From Pyrinomonadaceae bacterium (lineage in GTDB: Bacteria; Acidobacteriota; Blastocatellia; Pyrinomonadales; Pyrinomonadaceae): a stretch of DNA of 56,082 nt. Below the pieces are notes generated by a model. The model was not told the origin of the DNA. It ran no database searches and saw nothing but the letters and a program-made list of their open reading frames with translations. Each line of letters opens with the position of its first letter. Positions within the stretch are counted from its first letter, which is position 1. Positions 25,268 to 36,230 of the stretch are shown one piece after another. The translations under genes were made by a program, and so were the position numbers. The stretch is taken from contig DATBSG010000356.1 in assembly GCA_036559945.1 (NCBI GenBank), positions 1 through 56,082 on the forward strand, written 5' to 3'.

Positions 25268-27394
25268 TTGCCCATCGTTAGAGTTCAAACGTTAGCTTCT
25301 GTTTTCGTCGCGCTGGCAGCCGTACTCTCCACCCCAGGCGCCGGGCCTTACTCGTGCGCCGCTTCACGTAAAGACGCCAGCAGGTTTCCAGCGCCGAACA
25401 GGGACAATTACCTGATGATGGCTGATGAGATGGAACGGACGCTCCGCCAGGACGTTCTCGGTGTTTGGTTCCCTCGATCGGTCGACAAAATTAACGGCGG
25501 TTTCTCTTCAAATTTCACACGCGAATGGAAAGCGGCGGGCAGCGACGGCAAGTTCTCAGTGTTTCAGGGCCGCATGCTCTGGGTGGCGTCGCAGATCACA
25601 ATTGAACGACCCGACCTGAAATCACAATATGCTCCAATCATCGAACACGGCTTGCACTACCTTCGCGAGGTTCTCTGGGATCAAGCGTATGGTGGCTTTT
25701 TTTGGGGCCTCGACGATAAAGGAAAAATCTCGCCGCGGTATACTGACGGAAAGCACATGTACGGTATGAGCTTCGGGCTTTACGGCGCGGCGGCAGCTTA
25801 TCAGGCGACTAAAGATCCAAAGGCGCTCGAACTCGCGCAGAAAGCTTTTCGCTGGATCCACGAGCATGCGCACGATGTTAAGAACGGCGGTTATTTCGAG
25901 TGGCTGACGCGCGACGGCCGGGTCATTCGAACAAAATCAGAAAATGCGCAAGTTGATACCGTTCCGCTGGCCGGATTTCCCATCGGCTACAAGTCGATGA
26001 ACACTCATATTCATCTGCTCGAGTCGTTTACCCAGTTGTATGAAGTTTGGAAAGACGAAACGCTGCGCAAGCGCATCATCGAGCTGCTCGGAATTGTGCG
26101 CGACAAGATCTGCGTCGCACCGGGAGCCATGAGTCTATATTTCACCACCGACTGGCGAGCGATTCCCGATCACGATTCATACGGCCACGACATTGAAACG
26201 GCTTATCTGATGTGGGAAGCCGAAGAAGTGCTGGGCCGGCATGATTCTGAAACTGAAGCGATGGCCAAGCTCCTGGTGGATCATGCGCTCGCCTATGGTT
26301 GGGATGAAACTTACGGTGGCTTCTATCGAGAAGGAACCGCGACTGGGCCGCCAGAAGACATGCGCAAAGAATGGTGGGTGCAGTTCGAAGGACTGAATGC
26401 TCTGCTGCTAATGCACGAGAAATACGGCAAGCAAACGGATGCGTACTTCAATGCGTTTCAGAAACAGTGGCAGTTCATCAAAGAAAAACAGATCGACAGG
26501 GAATTTGGCGGCATCTATGACACAGTCGAGCGCGATGGTGCGGTTAAGAATTACAGTAAGGCTCGAATCTGGAAAGAGGCTTATCACGACACGCGCGCGT
26601 TGTTGAATGTAACCGCTCGCCTGCGCAAGCTCGCAGATCCTGACATTTCGCGTCTGGTTTGGAGCGACGAATTCAATGGATCAGACGACTCGGCGATCAA
26701 CTCGACGAAGTGGACTGCTGAAGTTGGAGGGAATGGTTGGGGAAATCAGGAACTCGAGTACTACACGAACCGCGTCGACAACGCATATCAGTCTGCCGGC
26801 TCGCTGGTCATCAAAGCTATCAAAGAGAAATACACTGGAGCTGACAAAGTAACGCGCGATTACACTTCGGCCCGTTTGATCACGAAACATAAATTCACGA
26901 TCAAGTACGGACGTATCGTAGCGCGCATAAAGATTCCACAGGGTCACGGACTTTGGCCGGCGTTCTGGATGTTAGGTGACGATATCGATAAGGTTGGTTG
27001 GCCTGCTTGCGGCGAAATCGACATCATGGAGAACATCGGCAAGGAGCCTTCAATTATTCACGGCTCGATCCATGGGCCAGGGTACACTGGCGGCACCGGG
27101 CTGGGCTCGTCGTATTCACTTCCGAACAACAAGCGATTCGCCGATTCGTTTCATGTCTTTGCCGTCGAATGGGAGCCGAATGTCATTCGCTTTTACTGCG
27201 ATGACATTCTGTACCAGACCTGGACCCCAGCCGACCTTTCTCCAGGAATGAAATGGGCTTTCGATCATCCATTTTTCATTCTGCTGAACGTCGCGGTCGG
27301 CGGCAGTTGGCCCGGCAGCCCGGATGCGACAACGGTATTTCCGCAAACTATGCTGGTTGACTATGTGCGCGTATATCAGCGCACCGGTGGTTAA
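25268..27394 (+). CDS. fusion protein: AGE-family (N-acylglucosamine/cellobiose 2-epimerase-like) domain + GH16 beta-glucanase domain
   Basis: AGE motifs are present: INGGF, NTHIHLLESF, YGHDIETAYL, WWVQFEGLNA and KEAYHDTRAL. GH16 motifs are present: LVWSDEFNG, WPAFWMLG and the catalytic EIDIME at 27014-27031. The proposed start is TTG at 25268, with GGGAG 12 nt upstream, giving a signal-like MPIVRVQTLASVFVALAAVLSTPGAG. The ORF-track start at 25169 overlaps GH9. An ATG at about 25416 would give a leaderless AGE start. Confidence 0.75.
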   Translation: MPIVRVQTLASVFVALAAVLSTPGAGPYSCAASRKDASRFPAPNRDNYLMMADEMERTLRQDVLGVWFPRSVDKINGGFSSNFTREWKAAGSDGKFSVFQGRMLWVASQITIERPDLKSQYAPIIEHGLHYLREVLWDQAYGGFFWGLDDKGKISPRYTDGKHMYGMSFGLYGAAAAYQATKDPKALELAQKAFRWIHEHAHDVKNGGYFEWLTRDGRVIRTKSENAQVDTVPLAGFPIGYKSMNTHIHLLESFTQLYEVWKDETLRKRIIELLGIVRDKICVAPGAMSLYFTTDWRAIPDHDSYGHDIETAYLMWEAEEVLGRHDSETEAMAKLLVDHALAYGWDETYGGFYREGTATGPPEDMRKEWWVQFEGLNALLLMHEKYGKQTDAYFNAFQKQWQFIKEKQIDREFGGIYDTVERDGAVKNYSKARIWKEAYHDTRALLNVTARLRKLADPDISRLVWSDEFNGSDDSAINSTKWTAEVGGNGWGNQELEYYTNRVDNAYQSAGSLVIKAIKEKYTGADKVTRDYTSARLITKHKFTIKYGRIVARIKIPQGHGLWPAFWMLGDDIDKVGWPACGEIDIMENIGKEPSIIHGSIHGPGYTGGTGLGSSYSLPNNKRFADSFHVFAVEWEPNVIRFYCDDILYQTWTPADLSPGMKWAFDHPFFILLNVAVGGSWPGSPDATTVFPQTMLVDYVRVYQRTGG

Positions 27395-27463
27395 CCGCGC
27401 GGTCTAACGTAACTGGTTATCCGGCTCTCCCGCAAAAAGTTTCTTTAAGGAGACCTATCCAAA

Positions 27464-28237
27464 ATGAGAATTAGACGACAGCTTTCAACAATCGTTCTCA
27501 TCGTTTTCGCCTCGCAGCTCGGCACCATCCAGGCAATGGCCCAGAGCGCAAAACCGACGATCGTGATCGTGCATGGCGCATGGGGCGGCGCCTGGGCCTT
27601 TCGCAAAGTAGATGCGATGCTGCGCGAAAAGGGCTACAACGTTTATCGGCCGCAGCTCACCGGCTTGGGCGAGCGCGTGCACTTAAGCCGCCCGGACATC
27701 GGCTTGAGCACACACATCGAAGATGTCGTAAACACGATTCTGTTTGAAGATCTGCACGACATCATCCTCGTCGGTCACAGTTACGGCGGGATGGTCATTA
27801 CTGGAGTTGCCGATCGCGTGCCTGATCGAATTAAGCGACTCATCTACATCGATGCGCTTCTGCCCGCTGATGGTGAAAGCGTCTCGACCATTTTCGGCAA
27901 CCGCAATGACTTTATTAAAAACATGACGAAAGGTGATTACATTGTGCCGGCGTGGGTGAAACCTGATCAGCCGCCGCCACACGATGTGCCGCAGCCGCTG
28001 AAAACTTTTACTGAGCCCATCGTGCTCAACAACCAGACCGCGCGCAAACTTCCGGCCACTTACATTCTCACGGTGGAAAAAGGCAAAGAGGCCAAAGACG
28101 ATGACTTCTATTCTCAGTCCCTGCGCGCGAAAGATCGCGGCTGGCCGGTGCTGCAACTAACCGCCGATCACAATCCGCAATGGTCTGCAACTGAGCCTCT
28201 GGTCGAAATGCTCGATCGAATTGTGCGAGGGAACTAG
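27464..28237 (+). CDS. alpha/beta-hydrolase fold esterase, exported
   Basis: Signal peptide MRIRRQLSTIVLIVFASQLGTIQAMAQS. Contains IVIVHGAWGG and the nucleophile elbow VGHSYGG (GxSxG). It resembles the methylesterase/SABP2-like hydrolase subfamily. AAGGAGA lies upstream. Confidence 0.75.
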   Translation: MRIRRQLSTIVLIVFASQLGTIQAMAQSAKPTIVIVHGAWGGAWAFRKVDAMLREKGYNVYRPQLTGLGERVHLSRPDIGLSTHIEDVVNTILFEDLHDIILVGHSYGGMVITGVADRVPDRIKRLIYIDALLPADGESVSTIFGNRNDFIKNMTKGDYIVPAWVKPDQPPPHDVPQPLKTFTEPIVLNNQTARKLPATYILTVEKGKEAKDDDFYSQSLRAKDRGWPVLQLTADHNPQWSATEPLVEMLDRIVRGN

Positions 28238-28264
28238 TCAGATCCGATCAAGCTCGGCGACTTT

Positions 28265-28486
28265 ATGCTGCAGCCCGGTGAATATGTCTTTGGATATCAG
28301 CGGAAAAATGCCGACACGATTGACGTAGCCCTTTATCGAGCGTCCAGCGGTGAATCGCTAGGCAACGTCGAAGCCCATGTGAATCGGAAGAGCAGCATGG
28401 TCCGATCGCTGCTTATCTCGCCACCTTTGCGAGACAAAGGAAGCATTCAGGTGGGACGCTTTGTGTTTGAATACAGGGTCGCATGA
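28265..28486 (+). CDS. small hypothetical protein (73 aa)
   Basis: An ATG ORF fills the gap between the esterase and the convergent GH95 gene. It has no recognisable motif or clear RBS, so it may be non-coding. Confidence 0.2.
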   Translation: MLQPGEYVFGYQRKNADTIDVALYRASSGESLGNVEAHVNRKSSMVRSLLISPPLRDKGSIQVGRFVFEYRVA

Positions 28487-28495
28487 TCTGCAGAT

Positions 28496-30898
28496 TCAAC
28501 TTATTCGTTGCAGCTTCACGTTCAAACGAGCTGCCGCACCCCTGGCGAGACGCAGGGTGACCACCCGATTTCCATAGCGCACCTTGCAGTCGGCTCCGTT
28601 GACACTTCGAACAGTCGACCGCGTCAATTTTCCTGCTCGCCAGTCAATGTCAACTTCAAAGGCGCCACGGGCGCGCAATCCTCTGACGCTGCCCTTGGGC
28701 CAGGCGGTCGGTAAGGCCGGAAGCAAATGAATCTCGCCGTTGTGTGACTGCAAGAGCATTTCAGTTATCCCTGACGTAGCGCCGAAGTTGCCATCGATTT
28801 GAAATGGCGGATGCGCATCGAAGAGATTTGAATAGATCCCGCCACCACCCTGGAATTCCATGTCGTGCCGATAAACCGGTCTCAATGCTTTCTGCAAAAG
28901 TAGGTACGCGTGGTCACCATCAAGCAATCTTGCCCACAAGTTGATCTTCCACGCCAGGCTCCAGCCGGTTCCGACATCGCCCCGCAACTCCAGGGACTTC
29001 TTCGCTGCTGCGAAAAGGTCGGGAGTGTCACGCTTTGTGATTTGATTGCTGGGAAACAACCCGTACAGATGCGATACGTGTCTGTGTTGTGGTTCAGGCG
29101 CTTCCAGGTCCCAGTCTGCGAGCCATTCCTGCAACTGACCGGCCTTCCCGATTTGCATTGGCGCCAGCCGCGAACGGATCTCAACCAGTGTGGCGGCGAA
29201 ATCTTCATCAATTCTCAGAATCTTTGTGGCCTTGATGCACTGCGCAAACAGGTCGCGCAGGATCTCCATATCCATCGTCGGGCCCGCACAGATCGCCACG
29301 CCTGCCGGATGAACATTCTCTGGTGAGATCGAAGGACACGTGACGAGCCATTTGTGTTTTGGCTCTTCGACCAGCGTATCAACAAAAAATTGTGCCGCGC
29401 CCTTCATCGCGGGATAGACGCGCCCGAGGAATTTCTTATCGCCGGTGAACTCGTAATGAGTCCACAGATGTGTACACAGCCAGGCGCCGCCGGTGGGCCA
29501 GAATCCCCACAGTGGACCGTCGATCGGCGCCGTCTGCCGCCAGAGATCAGTGTTGTGATGACAAACCCAGCCCTTCGCGCCGTACTGTATCTGCGCTGTG
29601 CGATTGCCATTCTCAACCAATTCGGTCACCAGGCGCAGCAACGGTTCGTGGCATTCGGAGAGATTTGTTGTCTGGGCCGGCCAGTAGTTCATCTCGGTAT
29701 TGATGTTGATTGTGTACTTTGATTCCCACGGTGGCGTCATTGACTCGTTCCAGAGGCCCTGAAGATTCGCCGGCTGGGTTCCTGGTCGCGACGATGAGAT
29801 CAGGAGATATCGGCCGTATTGAAAATAGAGCGTGGCAAGCTGCGGATCGACGCCTTCGAGAAACTTAGCCGGCCGCTGATCAGTTGGCAGATTCGCAGCT
29901 TCCGTGACGTCAAGATCCAGCGTCACTCGGCGAAACAACCGCTGATGCTCGCGCACATGCTCACTGCGCATCGCCGCAAATGACTTTCCTTTGATCCGAT
30001 TTAGATAAGCTGTGACCAGCGCTTCCGGATCGGCGCTCACGTCTCTGTAATTTTTATAACTGGTGGCTGCGGCGATCAGGATCAAAGCTGAGTTCGCATC
30101 GCTGACGATGATCCTTCCGTTTTCGGCAACCGTGCGCCCTCCACTAACGACCACCCGCGCGCGTGCATGGAATTTCAGCGCGCCTTTGATGCCGAATGCG
30201 CCACTGTTTTCGCCGCGCACTACGAGCGTATCGTTTCCTTCGGTTTCGGTAGTTGCTTTTTGCGGCGTAATGAAACTGGCGACGAAACTAATTTGGCCCG
30301 GACGATTGGCGGCGAGGCTCACTACAATCACCTGATCCACGGGAGTGGCGAAAGCTTCGCGAGAAAAACTTAGGTCACCGAATCGATAGGAGACTTTGGC
30401 AATCGCCGTATCGAGATCCAATTCGCGGCGATAATTTGAAATCTCACTGTGTCCGGGAAACTCAAGCCGCAGATCGCCCACGGGTTCGTAAGGCATCTGC
30501 TTGATTGGATGGGCCATCATCTTCGCGCCAATCAGATCGTTTGCCTGCTTGTACTTGCCTTGGAAGATTAGCCGCCGCGCTTCCGGCAGGGCCTTGAGCG
30601 CTTCACGATTATTTGGATCGTATGGCCCACCCGCATACAGCGTATCTTCATTTATTTGCAGCCGTTCGCGCGCCGGGCCGCCGAAAACCATTGCGCCCAA
30701 TCGCCCGCTGCCGATCGGCAAGGCTTCAACCCACTGCTCGGCTGGCTTCTCGTACCAAAGCACAAGGGGCTGTCTGCTCGGATTTGCGGCGACGGAAGTC
30801 TTCGAGTTGATCGCGAGTTTAGAAGAGGTGAGCGGAAGCACCGCACCCGCAAACGCAGTCTGTTGGAGAAATTTTCGGCGCGAGATCTTGCGCTTCAT
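28496..30898 (-). CDS. glycoside hydrolase family 95 alpha-L-fucosidase, Tat-exported
   Basis: Twin-arginine leader [19 protein letters not shown]. Carries the GH95 hallmark [14 protein letters not shown] together with [22 protein letters not shown] at the N-terminus, and is about 800 aa long. Confidence 0.85.
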   Translation of the reverse strand: MKRKISRRKFLQQTAFAGAVLPLTSSKLAINSKTSVAANPSRQPLVLWYEKPAEQWVEALPIGSGRLGAMVFGGPARERLQINEDTLYAGGPYDPNNREALKALPEARRLIFQGKYKQANDLIGAKMMAHPIKQMPYEPVGDLRLEFPGHSEISNYRRELDLDTAIAKVSYRFGDLSFSREAFATPVDQVIVVSLAANRPGQISFVASFITPQKATTETEGNDTLVVRGENSGAFGIKGALKFHARARVVVSGGRTVAENGRIIVSDANSALILIAAATSYKNYRDVSADPEALVTAYLNRIKGKSFAAMRSEHVREHQRLFRRVTLDLDVTEAANLPTDQRPAKFLEGVDPQLATLYFQYGRYLLISSSRPGTQPANLQGLWNESMTPPWESKYTININTEMNYWPAQTTNLSECHEPLLRLVTELVENGNRTAQIQYGAKGWVCHHNTDLWRQTAPIDGPLWGFWPTGGAWLCTHLWTHYEFTGDKKFLGRVYPAMKGAAQFFVDTLVEEPKHKWLVTCPSISPENVHPAGVAICAGPTMDMEILRDLFAQCIKATKILRIDEDFAATLVEIRSRLAPMQIGKAGQLQEWLADWDLEAPEPQHRHVSHLYGLFPSNQITKRDTPDLFAAAKKSLELRGDVGTGWSLAWKINLWARLLDGDHAYLLLQKALRPVYRHDMEFQGGGGIYSNLFDAHPPFQIDGNFGATSGITEMLLQSHNGEIHLLPALPTAWPKGSVRGLRARGAFEVDIDWRAGKLTRSTVRSVNGADCKVRYGNRVVTLRLARGAAARLNVKLQRIS

Positions 30899-30943
30899 GA
30901 TGATGGCGCGCAGTGCGGCGAACTTCGATACAGAAAAGAAAGA

Positions 30944-33394
30944 TCAGTGCCGGTCAAAACGTGTGATGCGCCACTTCACTTTTCCGCGAAAGGGATCATC
31001 AACCAATTCAAACCCACGGGCGCTCGGACGGAAGCTGATCGGCTGAAGAGCGCCGTCAGGCAACGCAAACAATCCGGCAACCGGTGCGTTGTCGGTGCTG
31101 AAGACGCGCAGCTCGACGTCGGTCCAGTCCATGTCCTTTGTGCTTTGTGCGACTTTGATGTGCGGCAGGACGGAGTGGTTCTTCACAAGTAACACCACGG
31201 GGATATCACCGGCTTTGATCTCGTGCCATTGCGCGCCAGCGTAAACCTTGCCGGTTTGATAATCGATCCAGTCGCCGGGCGGAAGATAGACCTTTCGCGT
31301 CTCACTGCTTTCGAACAGCGGCGCGACGAGCAGGTTCGACCCGAACATGTATTCGTCATCGATATCCCACGAGCCGGGATCGTTCGGATATTCAAAGAAG
31401 AGCGTGCGCAGCATCGGATGGCCGCGAGCCGAAGAATCCTTCGCTTGCGCGTAGATGTAAGGCATGAGCGAATACTTCAAGCCAAGCGCGCGGCGAAAAT
31501 CTTCCGTCAAAGCTTCGTCATATTCCCACGGCTCGCGCGGTGGTGCGCCATGCGCGCGCGTGTGTGAGGTCAGCACCCCCCAAGCCATCCAGCGACGATA
31601 CAGATCGCGCGGCGCGCGCTGCACGAATCCGCCCACGTCATGGCTCCAATAAGTGAACCCCGAAAGCCCAAATGACAAGCCGCCGCGCAACTCGCCGGCC
31701 ATCGCTGAGTTAGTGTTCTCAGCGTCACCGCCCCAATGCAGAGGGTAACGCTGGCTGCCGGCCCAAGCGCTGCGTGCCCAGATGATATTATCGCCCGTCA
31801 CCTGTTTGGTGATTTCGGCGACGGCTTTGTTATAGCGCAAGGGATAGAGATTGTGTTCGTACCAGCCCGTGCGGCCCGAAGCGTATTGTCCCGTCAAGGG
31901 CGCGCCTTCGCCGAAATCAACTTTGATTGCGCCGACCCCAAGCTTCAAAAGATTTGCGAGTTTCGTCTGATACCACTTGACCGCCTCCGCGTTGCTCATG
32001 TCGAGCGTGGCGTCTTCGAAAGGCAATTGTCCGCTCTCGTTCTTCACCTCATAACCGTGTGAGACCATCTCTTTCCACAAATCGTTCTTGCTGGTGAAGT
32101 AGGTGTATTGCCACAAGCTGATGTGAAAGCCCTGCTGCTTTAAGTCTGCGATCATCCTGGCGGGGTCGCGAAAGCGTGAAGTTGAAAAGCGATAGTCGCT
32201 GCGCCAGTCGGTTTCAAACCAGCCGGTGTCGAGGTGAATCACGTCCGCCGGCACCTGATGCGCTCTTAATTGCTTCGCAACCTCGCGCACTTGATCTTCA
32301 GAGCTGTAGGTGATGCGGCTCATCCAAAAGCCAAATGACCAAAGCGGCGGCACGGGACTGCGACCGGTCAGCGCGGTGTACTCGGAAAGAATATCCTTCG
32401 GCTCGCCCAGAAAAATGAAGAGATCGAGATGCTCATCGCCCGAGTAAATCACGCTGTGCGCGTCGTAGTATTTGCCGAAATCAAACGTGATCGGTGCGCT
32501 GGTGTGCACGAACATCCCGTAGCCATTGCTGCTGAGAAAGAACGGAATCGGTTTGTACATGTATTCGTTCTGTGTGCCCATGCCGTCTCGGGCAAAGACG
32601 TTAATGTGTTGACCTCGTTTGTTGAGTCGCGTAAACGACTCGCCGCAACCAAAGATTTTCTCGTCGTGTTGTAGTTCGAAAGTGGCCGCGATGCGACGGC
32701 CCAAGTCGCTCCCGCGTCGCACGAACGAAAATGGAATCGGAGTGATAAACGTCGCCGGATCCCCGATATTCTGCGTGCGCGTCAGGAGATGGCCGCGTTC
32801 GTCGTATATCTCGATATGCCACGGCTGCTTAATTATGCGCACTTCACCATGAGCGCTCTTGTAGATAATCGCTTGATCGGTTTGCTCAACCCTCCAGGAG
32901 TGGTCGGTCGGAACCGGCCCGGCAAGCATCAGAGAGTTACCTTCACTGAGTGGCGCCGCTCGCGTGGAAAAACGCAATCGCACGGTGCGAGGACTTACAA
33001 ACGTAATTGAAAACGGCAGCGAAGGATCCTGATCGTATTCAGTGCCCGGAAATTCAGTAGCGCGGCCGCGGGTGAAACCCACATCAATTTTGTTGAAAGA
33101 AAGCGTCGTATTCCTCAAGTACCGGTCCCACTGCAATGTGCCTTGTCCGGTCGAAGGATCGAAAGTAGAAACACGTGCCCCGATGAAGTAAACGTTCTCC
33201 ATCTTCTGAAAATCCTGACTGACGTCGACCGGATCACCGAGCGCCTGTGCTTGCGCAGCAGCGGGAGCCGAGACAGCGGCAGTCAGGATTAGTAATGACA
33301 ATGCAACGTGTGCAAATGAACTTCGCCCAGTGCTGGAGATCGCGACACTGAATTTCGAGAAGACGTGCGCACATTCAAGGACTGTGGGTTCCAC
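30944..33394 (-). CDS. glycoside hydrolase family 31, alpha-xylosidase/alpha-glucosidase (YicI-like), exported
   Basis: Contains IKVDFGE (nucleophile region), HWGGD, YWSHDVGGF (acid/base region) and DTGWF. The start is probably GTG at 33394, 8 nt after GGAGGA; the ORF-track GTG at 33400 is too close to the RBS. Confidence 0.85.
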   Translation of the reverse strand: MEPTVLECAHVFSKFSVAISSTGRSSFAHVALSLLILTAAVSAPAAAQAQALGDPVDVSQDFQKMENVYFIGARVSTFDPSTGQGTLQWDRYLRNTTLSFNKIDVGFTRGRATEFPGTEYDQDPSLPFSITFVSPRTVRLRFSTRAAPLSEGNSLMLAGPVPTDHSWRVEQTDQAIIYKSAHGEVRIIKQPWHIEIYDERGHLLTRTQNIGDPATFITPIPFSFVRRGSDLGRRIAATFELQHDEKIFGCGESFTRLNKRGQHINVFARDGMGTQNEYMYKPIPFFLSSNGYGMFVHTSAPITFDFGKYYDAHSVIYSGDEHLDLFIFLGEPKDILSEYTALTGRSPVPPLWSFGFWMSRITYSSEDQVREVAKQLRAHQVPADVIHLDTGWFETDWRSDYRFSTSRFRDPARMIADLKQQGFHISLWQYTYFTSKNDLWKEMVSHGYEVKNESGQLPFEDATLDMSNAEAVKWYQTKLANLLKLGVGAIKVDFGEGAPLTGQYASGRTGWYEHNLYPLRYNKAVAEITKQVTGDNIIWARSAWAGSQRYPLHWGGDAENTNSAMAGELRGGLSFGLSGFTYWSHDVGGFVQRAPRDLYRRWMAWGVLTSHTRAHGAPPREPWEYDEALTEDFRRALGLKYSLMPYIYAQAKDSSARGHPMLRTLFFEYPNDPGSWDIDDEYMFGSNLLVAPLFESSETRKVYLPPGDWIDYQTGKVYAGAQWHEIKAGDIPVVLLVKNHSVLPHIKVAQSTKDMDWTDVELRVFSTDNAPVAGLFALPDGALQPISFRPSARGFELVDDPFRGKVKWRITRFDRH

Positions 33395-33616
33395 GTTCAC
33401 ATTCCTCCAGTTTGCTTCAATTGACGGAATCCGCTGCTGCGGTTGCGACGGACTTTAGCTGAGCCATCAAACAAAGTCCATCAACTTTCGAGTCGTGAGG
33501 TGGAAGCTTTCAATCACGGCGAACTCGGCAGACACCAAACAGAATATCGACAGTTAATTGATCGCTGCATTCGTAGGGCAGTTTTTTCGCGGTCGGTTCA
33601 GCTCGATCCGTCGACG

Positions 33617-34753
33617 CTACTTTTGAACAGAAAATCTGTAAATTGTGGTCGTGTGATAACGCGCGCCTTTTCTTAAAACCGTGCTTGGGAAATTCGGCTT
33701 ATTCGGCGAGTCGGGATAGTGCTGCGTCTCCAGACAAAACGCGTATCGCCGTTGATAGACTTTGTCGCCTTTGCCCGTGAGCGTACCATCAAGAAAGTTT
33801 CCGCTGTAGAACTGAAGTCCGGGTTCCGTCGTCGAGACTTCCATCACCCGTCCGGTGGTCGGCTCGTAGACCTTCGCAGCGAGGCGCAGCAGTCCCATTT
33901 TTCCGTTCAAGACAAAGTTGTGGTCATAACCACTACCAAACTTTAACTGTTCATTGTCCGCATTGATGCGTTCGCCAATGGCTTTCATGCGAGTGAAATC
34001 AAAAGGCGTTCCGTGGACACTCCGTATTTCGCCCGTAGGAATTGATTCGGAGTCGATAGGTGTGAAGCGGTTGGCGTTAATGTAGAGGCGATGATTGAGA
34101 ATGTCACCGTTGCCTTGTCCCGCAAGATTGAAATACGAGTGATGGGTGAGATTGACGATGGTGTCTTTGTCGGTCGTGGCCGAGTAGTCGATCTTCAGCT
34201 CATTCGCATTTGTCAGCGTGTAAACAACTTTGACTGAGAGATTGCCCGGATAACCTTCCTCGCCGTCTGGGCTCAAGTAAGTTAATTCAAGGGCTGCACC
34301 GTTCGGTACTCTTAGCGGCCTCGCATTCCACACCACTTTATCAAATCCTTTGATGCCGCCATGCAGATGGTTCGCGCCATTGTTAGTCGCCAGTTTGTAT
34401 TCGACGCCGTTTAGGGTGAAGCGGCCTTTCGCGATCCGGTTGCCATAACGGCCAATGATTGCGCCGAACCACGGATCACCCTTCAGGTACTGGTCCAAAT
34501 TATCAAACCCGAGCACTACATCATCGAGCTTGCCGTCGCGATCCAGCACGCGCAACGAAGTGAGAATGCCACCATAATTGGTAATTTTCGCTTCGGCACC
34601 ATGACTATTTGTTAAAGTGTAAATGTCCACCGGCTGACCCTCCGGTGTTTTGCCAAAGCTTTCCTTTTTGACGTTGGTCTGAGCCTTCGCACCGGAGCCG
34701 GCCACGAATAACACGAGACCCAGCAATAGCCAAACGAAAAATGTTTGCTTCAT
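33617..34753 (-). CDS. galM: aldose 1-epimerase (galactose mutarotase), exported
   Basis: Contains GFDNLDQY...FGAIIGRYGNRIAKGRFTLNGVEYKLATNNGANHLHGG.KGFDKVVW and LTHHSYFNL, classic mutarotase motifs. It has an N-terminal signal peptide. Confidence 0.9.
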   Translation of the reverse strand: MKQTFFVWLLLGLVLFVAGSGAKAQTNVKKESFGKTPEGQPVDIYTLTNSHGAEAKITNYGGILTSLRVLDRDGKLDDVVLGFDNLDQYLKGDPWFGAIIGRYGNRIAKGRFTLNGVEYKLATNNGANHLHGGIKGFDKVVWNARPLRVPNGAALELTYLSPDGEEGYPGNLSVKVVYTLTNANELKIDYSATTDKDTIVNLTHHSYFNLAGQGNGDILNHRLYINANRFTPIDSESIPTGEIRSVHGTPFDFTRMKAIGERINADNEQLKFGSGYDHNFVLNGKMGLLRLAAKVYEPTTGRVMEVSTTEPGLQFYSGNFLDGTLTGKGDKVYQRRYAFCLETQHYPDSPNKPNFPSTVLRKGARYHTTTIYRFSVQK

Positions 34754-34772
34754 ATTTTTGAGTTCTTCCTTT

Positions 34773-36227
34773 TCAGTTTCGCATCAATCTCAAATGTCCG
34801 AACAAACTAGCGCCAGGTGAAGAGCCTGAGATGATCGCAGCTTGAAACCCCGTCTGCTGCCGGTACTGCTTAGCAATGTGCTGAACTGTGTTGATAGCGC
34901 CCCGGCGGCCAAGGATTGCGACGGAGCCCCCACTTCCGCCCCCGGTAATTCTGGCGCCGTAAAGATCATCGCCGCTGGCATGCTTCACCAGTCGCACAAG
35001 TTCATCGGTTCCTGGCGAACCCAAGCCGCAGGCCGAATAACTTCCATGTGACCGAAACATTAGTTCGCCCAGTGCCCGCGCCTGCTCGAGGCCACGCCAA
35101 TCCTTGAGCATCGAAGCGAATGCATTTACCCGCGCATGCTCATAAATCGGATGCCGCGTTGCCTGCCTCACCGGATATTCCACCGCTGGATCTACGGAAG
35201 TAACGATGTCGGTAATGCCCTGGTATCGATCCAAAAATTCGTGGCCTGTTAGGCACTCCGGAATGGAGGCGGCAAATTCTTGCTCGAACTCTTCCGGCGT
35301 GACGTTCGCAAGATAGCCTTTCCATTTCCAATCATCAATCCAAACGTGACCGTGCCAAGCGCCTGGACTAACTGATAGCCCGGCCACCTCGGCGATGATG
35401 CGGTAGCCCATGAAAGTCGCGGTGCGCACAGTGCGATAGTCTGAGCCGCCAACAAAATGCCGAATGCCGGAATCAATAGCCCACACTTCCAGTTGTTCAG
35501 GCAGCGTAAGCATGCCTTTAAATTCGGCAGGTTGGCACAAGAGTTCGAGTGCGCAGTTCGTTTCGCCAAAGACCGCAGTCATCTGGTCCATGACTCCGCA
35601 CGGCGCGCCCACGATTAGGTTCTCGACTTTCTGACAAAGCAGCGCCAGCTCTTGTCGCGACATTTCGATTCCGTAAGGTGCCGCGACAGCCTGCATAACT
35701 GCGACTTCGAGGGCAGCAGAGGAACTAACGCCCTTGCCTTCGGGAACGTTTGACTGGATTAGGATCCGCGCACCTTCATGGAATGCAAATTTTGCTTCGC
35801 GCATCAAGACCATGAACACGCCGGCAACATAAGCGGCCCAATGATTGGCGCCGTCGCTCGCGAAGAAACTGCGTGCGTCGGCATAGTCGATTGGCAGTCG
35901 TTTAAGATCAATCTCAAACAGACGGCGAGATTCGCCGGCGGCAACGGGCAAGCTGACTATTCGCAGCGCGGTGTCTTGGCTCGGTTGCAGCGCGACGTGT
36001 GTCGCGTTCCGAATCGGCAACTCCAAAACGAGCGAGCCGGCGTAATCTCCAATGCCGCCCATCAAATCGATTCGTCCCGGCGCTCGCGTGACAATCAGTT
36101 CTCGTTTAGCATCGAAGAAATCTCCCCAGTGGGCCGGAAGCGAACTTAGTGATTCGTCAAGCGATTGGATAAATTGCTCCGTGTCGACGAGGTCATGAGT
36201 GGTTCCCGAAATAATTTGGTAAGGCAT
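34773..36227 (-). CDS. GHMP-family sugar 1-kinase (galactokinase / L-arabinokinase-like)
   Basis: [25 protein letters not shown] resembles the plant L-arabinokinase GHMP domain more than E. coli GalK's GRVNLIGEHTDY. The GHMP motif [15 protein letters not shown] and the C-terminal [12 protein letters not shown] are also present. Confidence 0.8.
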   Translation of the reverse strand: MPYQIISGTTHDLVDTEQFIQSLDESLSSLPAHWGDFFDAKRELIVTRAPGRIDLMGGIGDYAGSLVLELPIRNATHVALQPSQDTALRIVSLPVAAGESRRLFEIDLKRLPIDYADARSFFASDGANHWAAYVAGVFMVLMREAKFAFHEGARILIQSNVPEGKGVSSSAALEVAVMQAVAAPYGIEMSRQELALLCQKVENLIVGAPCGVMDQMTAVFGETNCALELLCQPAEFKGMLTLPEQLEVWAIDSGIRHFVGGSDYRTVRTATFMGYRIIAEVAGLSVSPGAWHGHVWIDDWKWKGYLANVTPEEFEQEFAASIPECLTGHEFLDRYQGITDIVTSVDPAVEYPVRQATRHPIYEHARVNAFASMLKDWRGLEQARALGELMFRSHGSYSACGLGSPGTDELVRLVKHASGDDLYGARITGGGSGGSVAILGRRGAINTVQHIAKQYRQQTGFQAAIISGSSPGASLFGHLRLMRN

Positions 36228-36230
36228 GCG

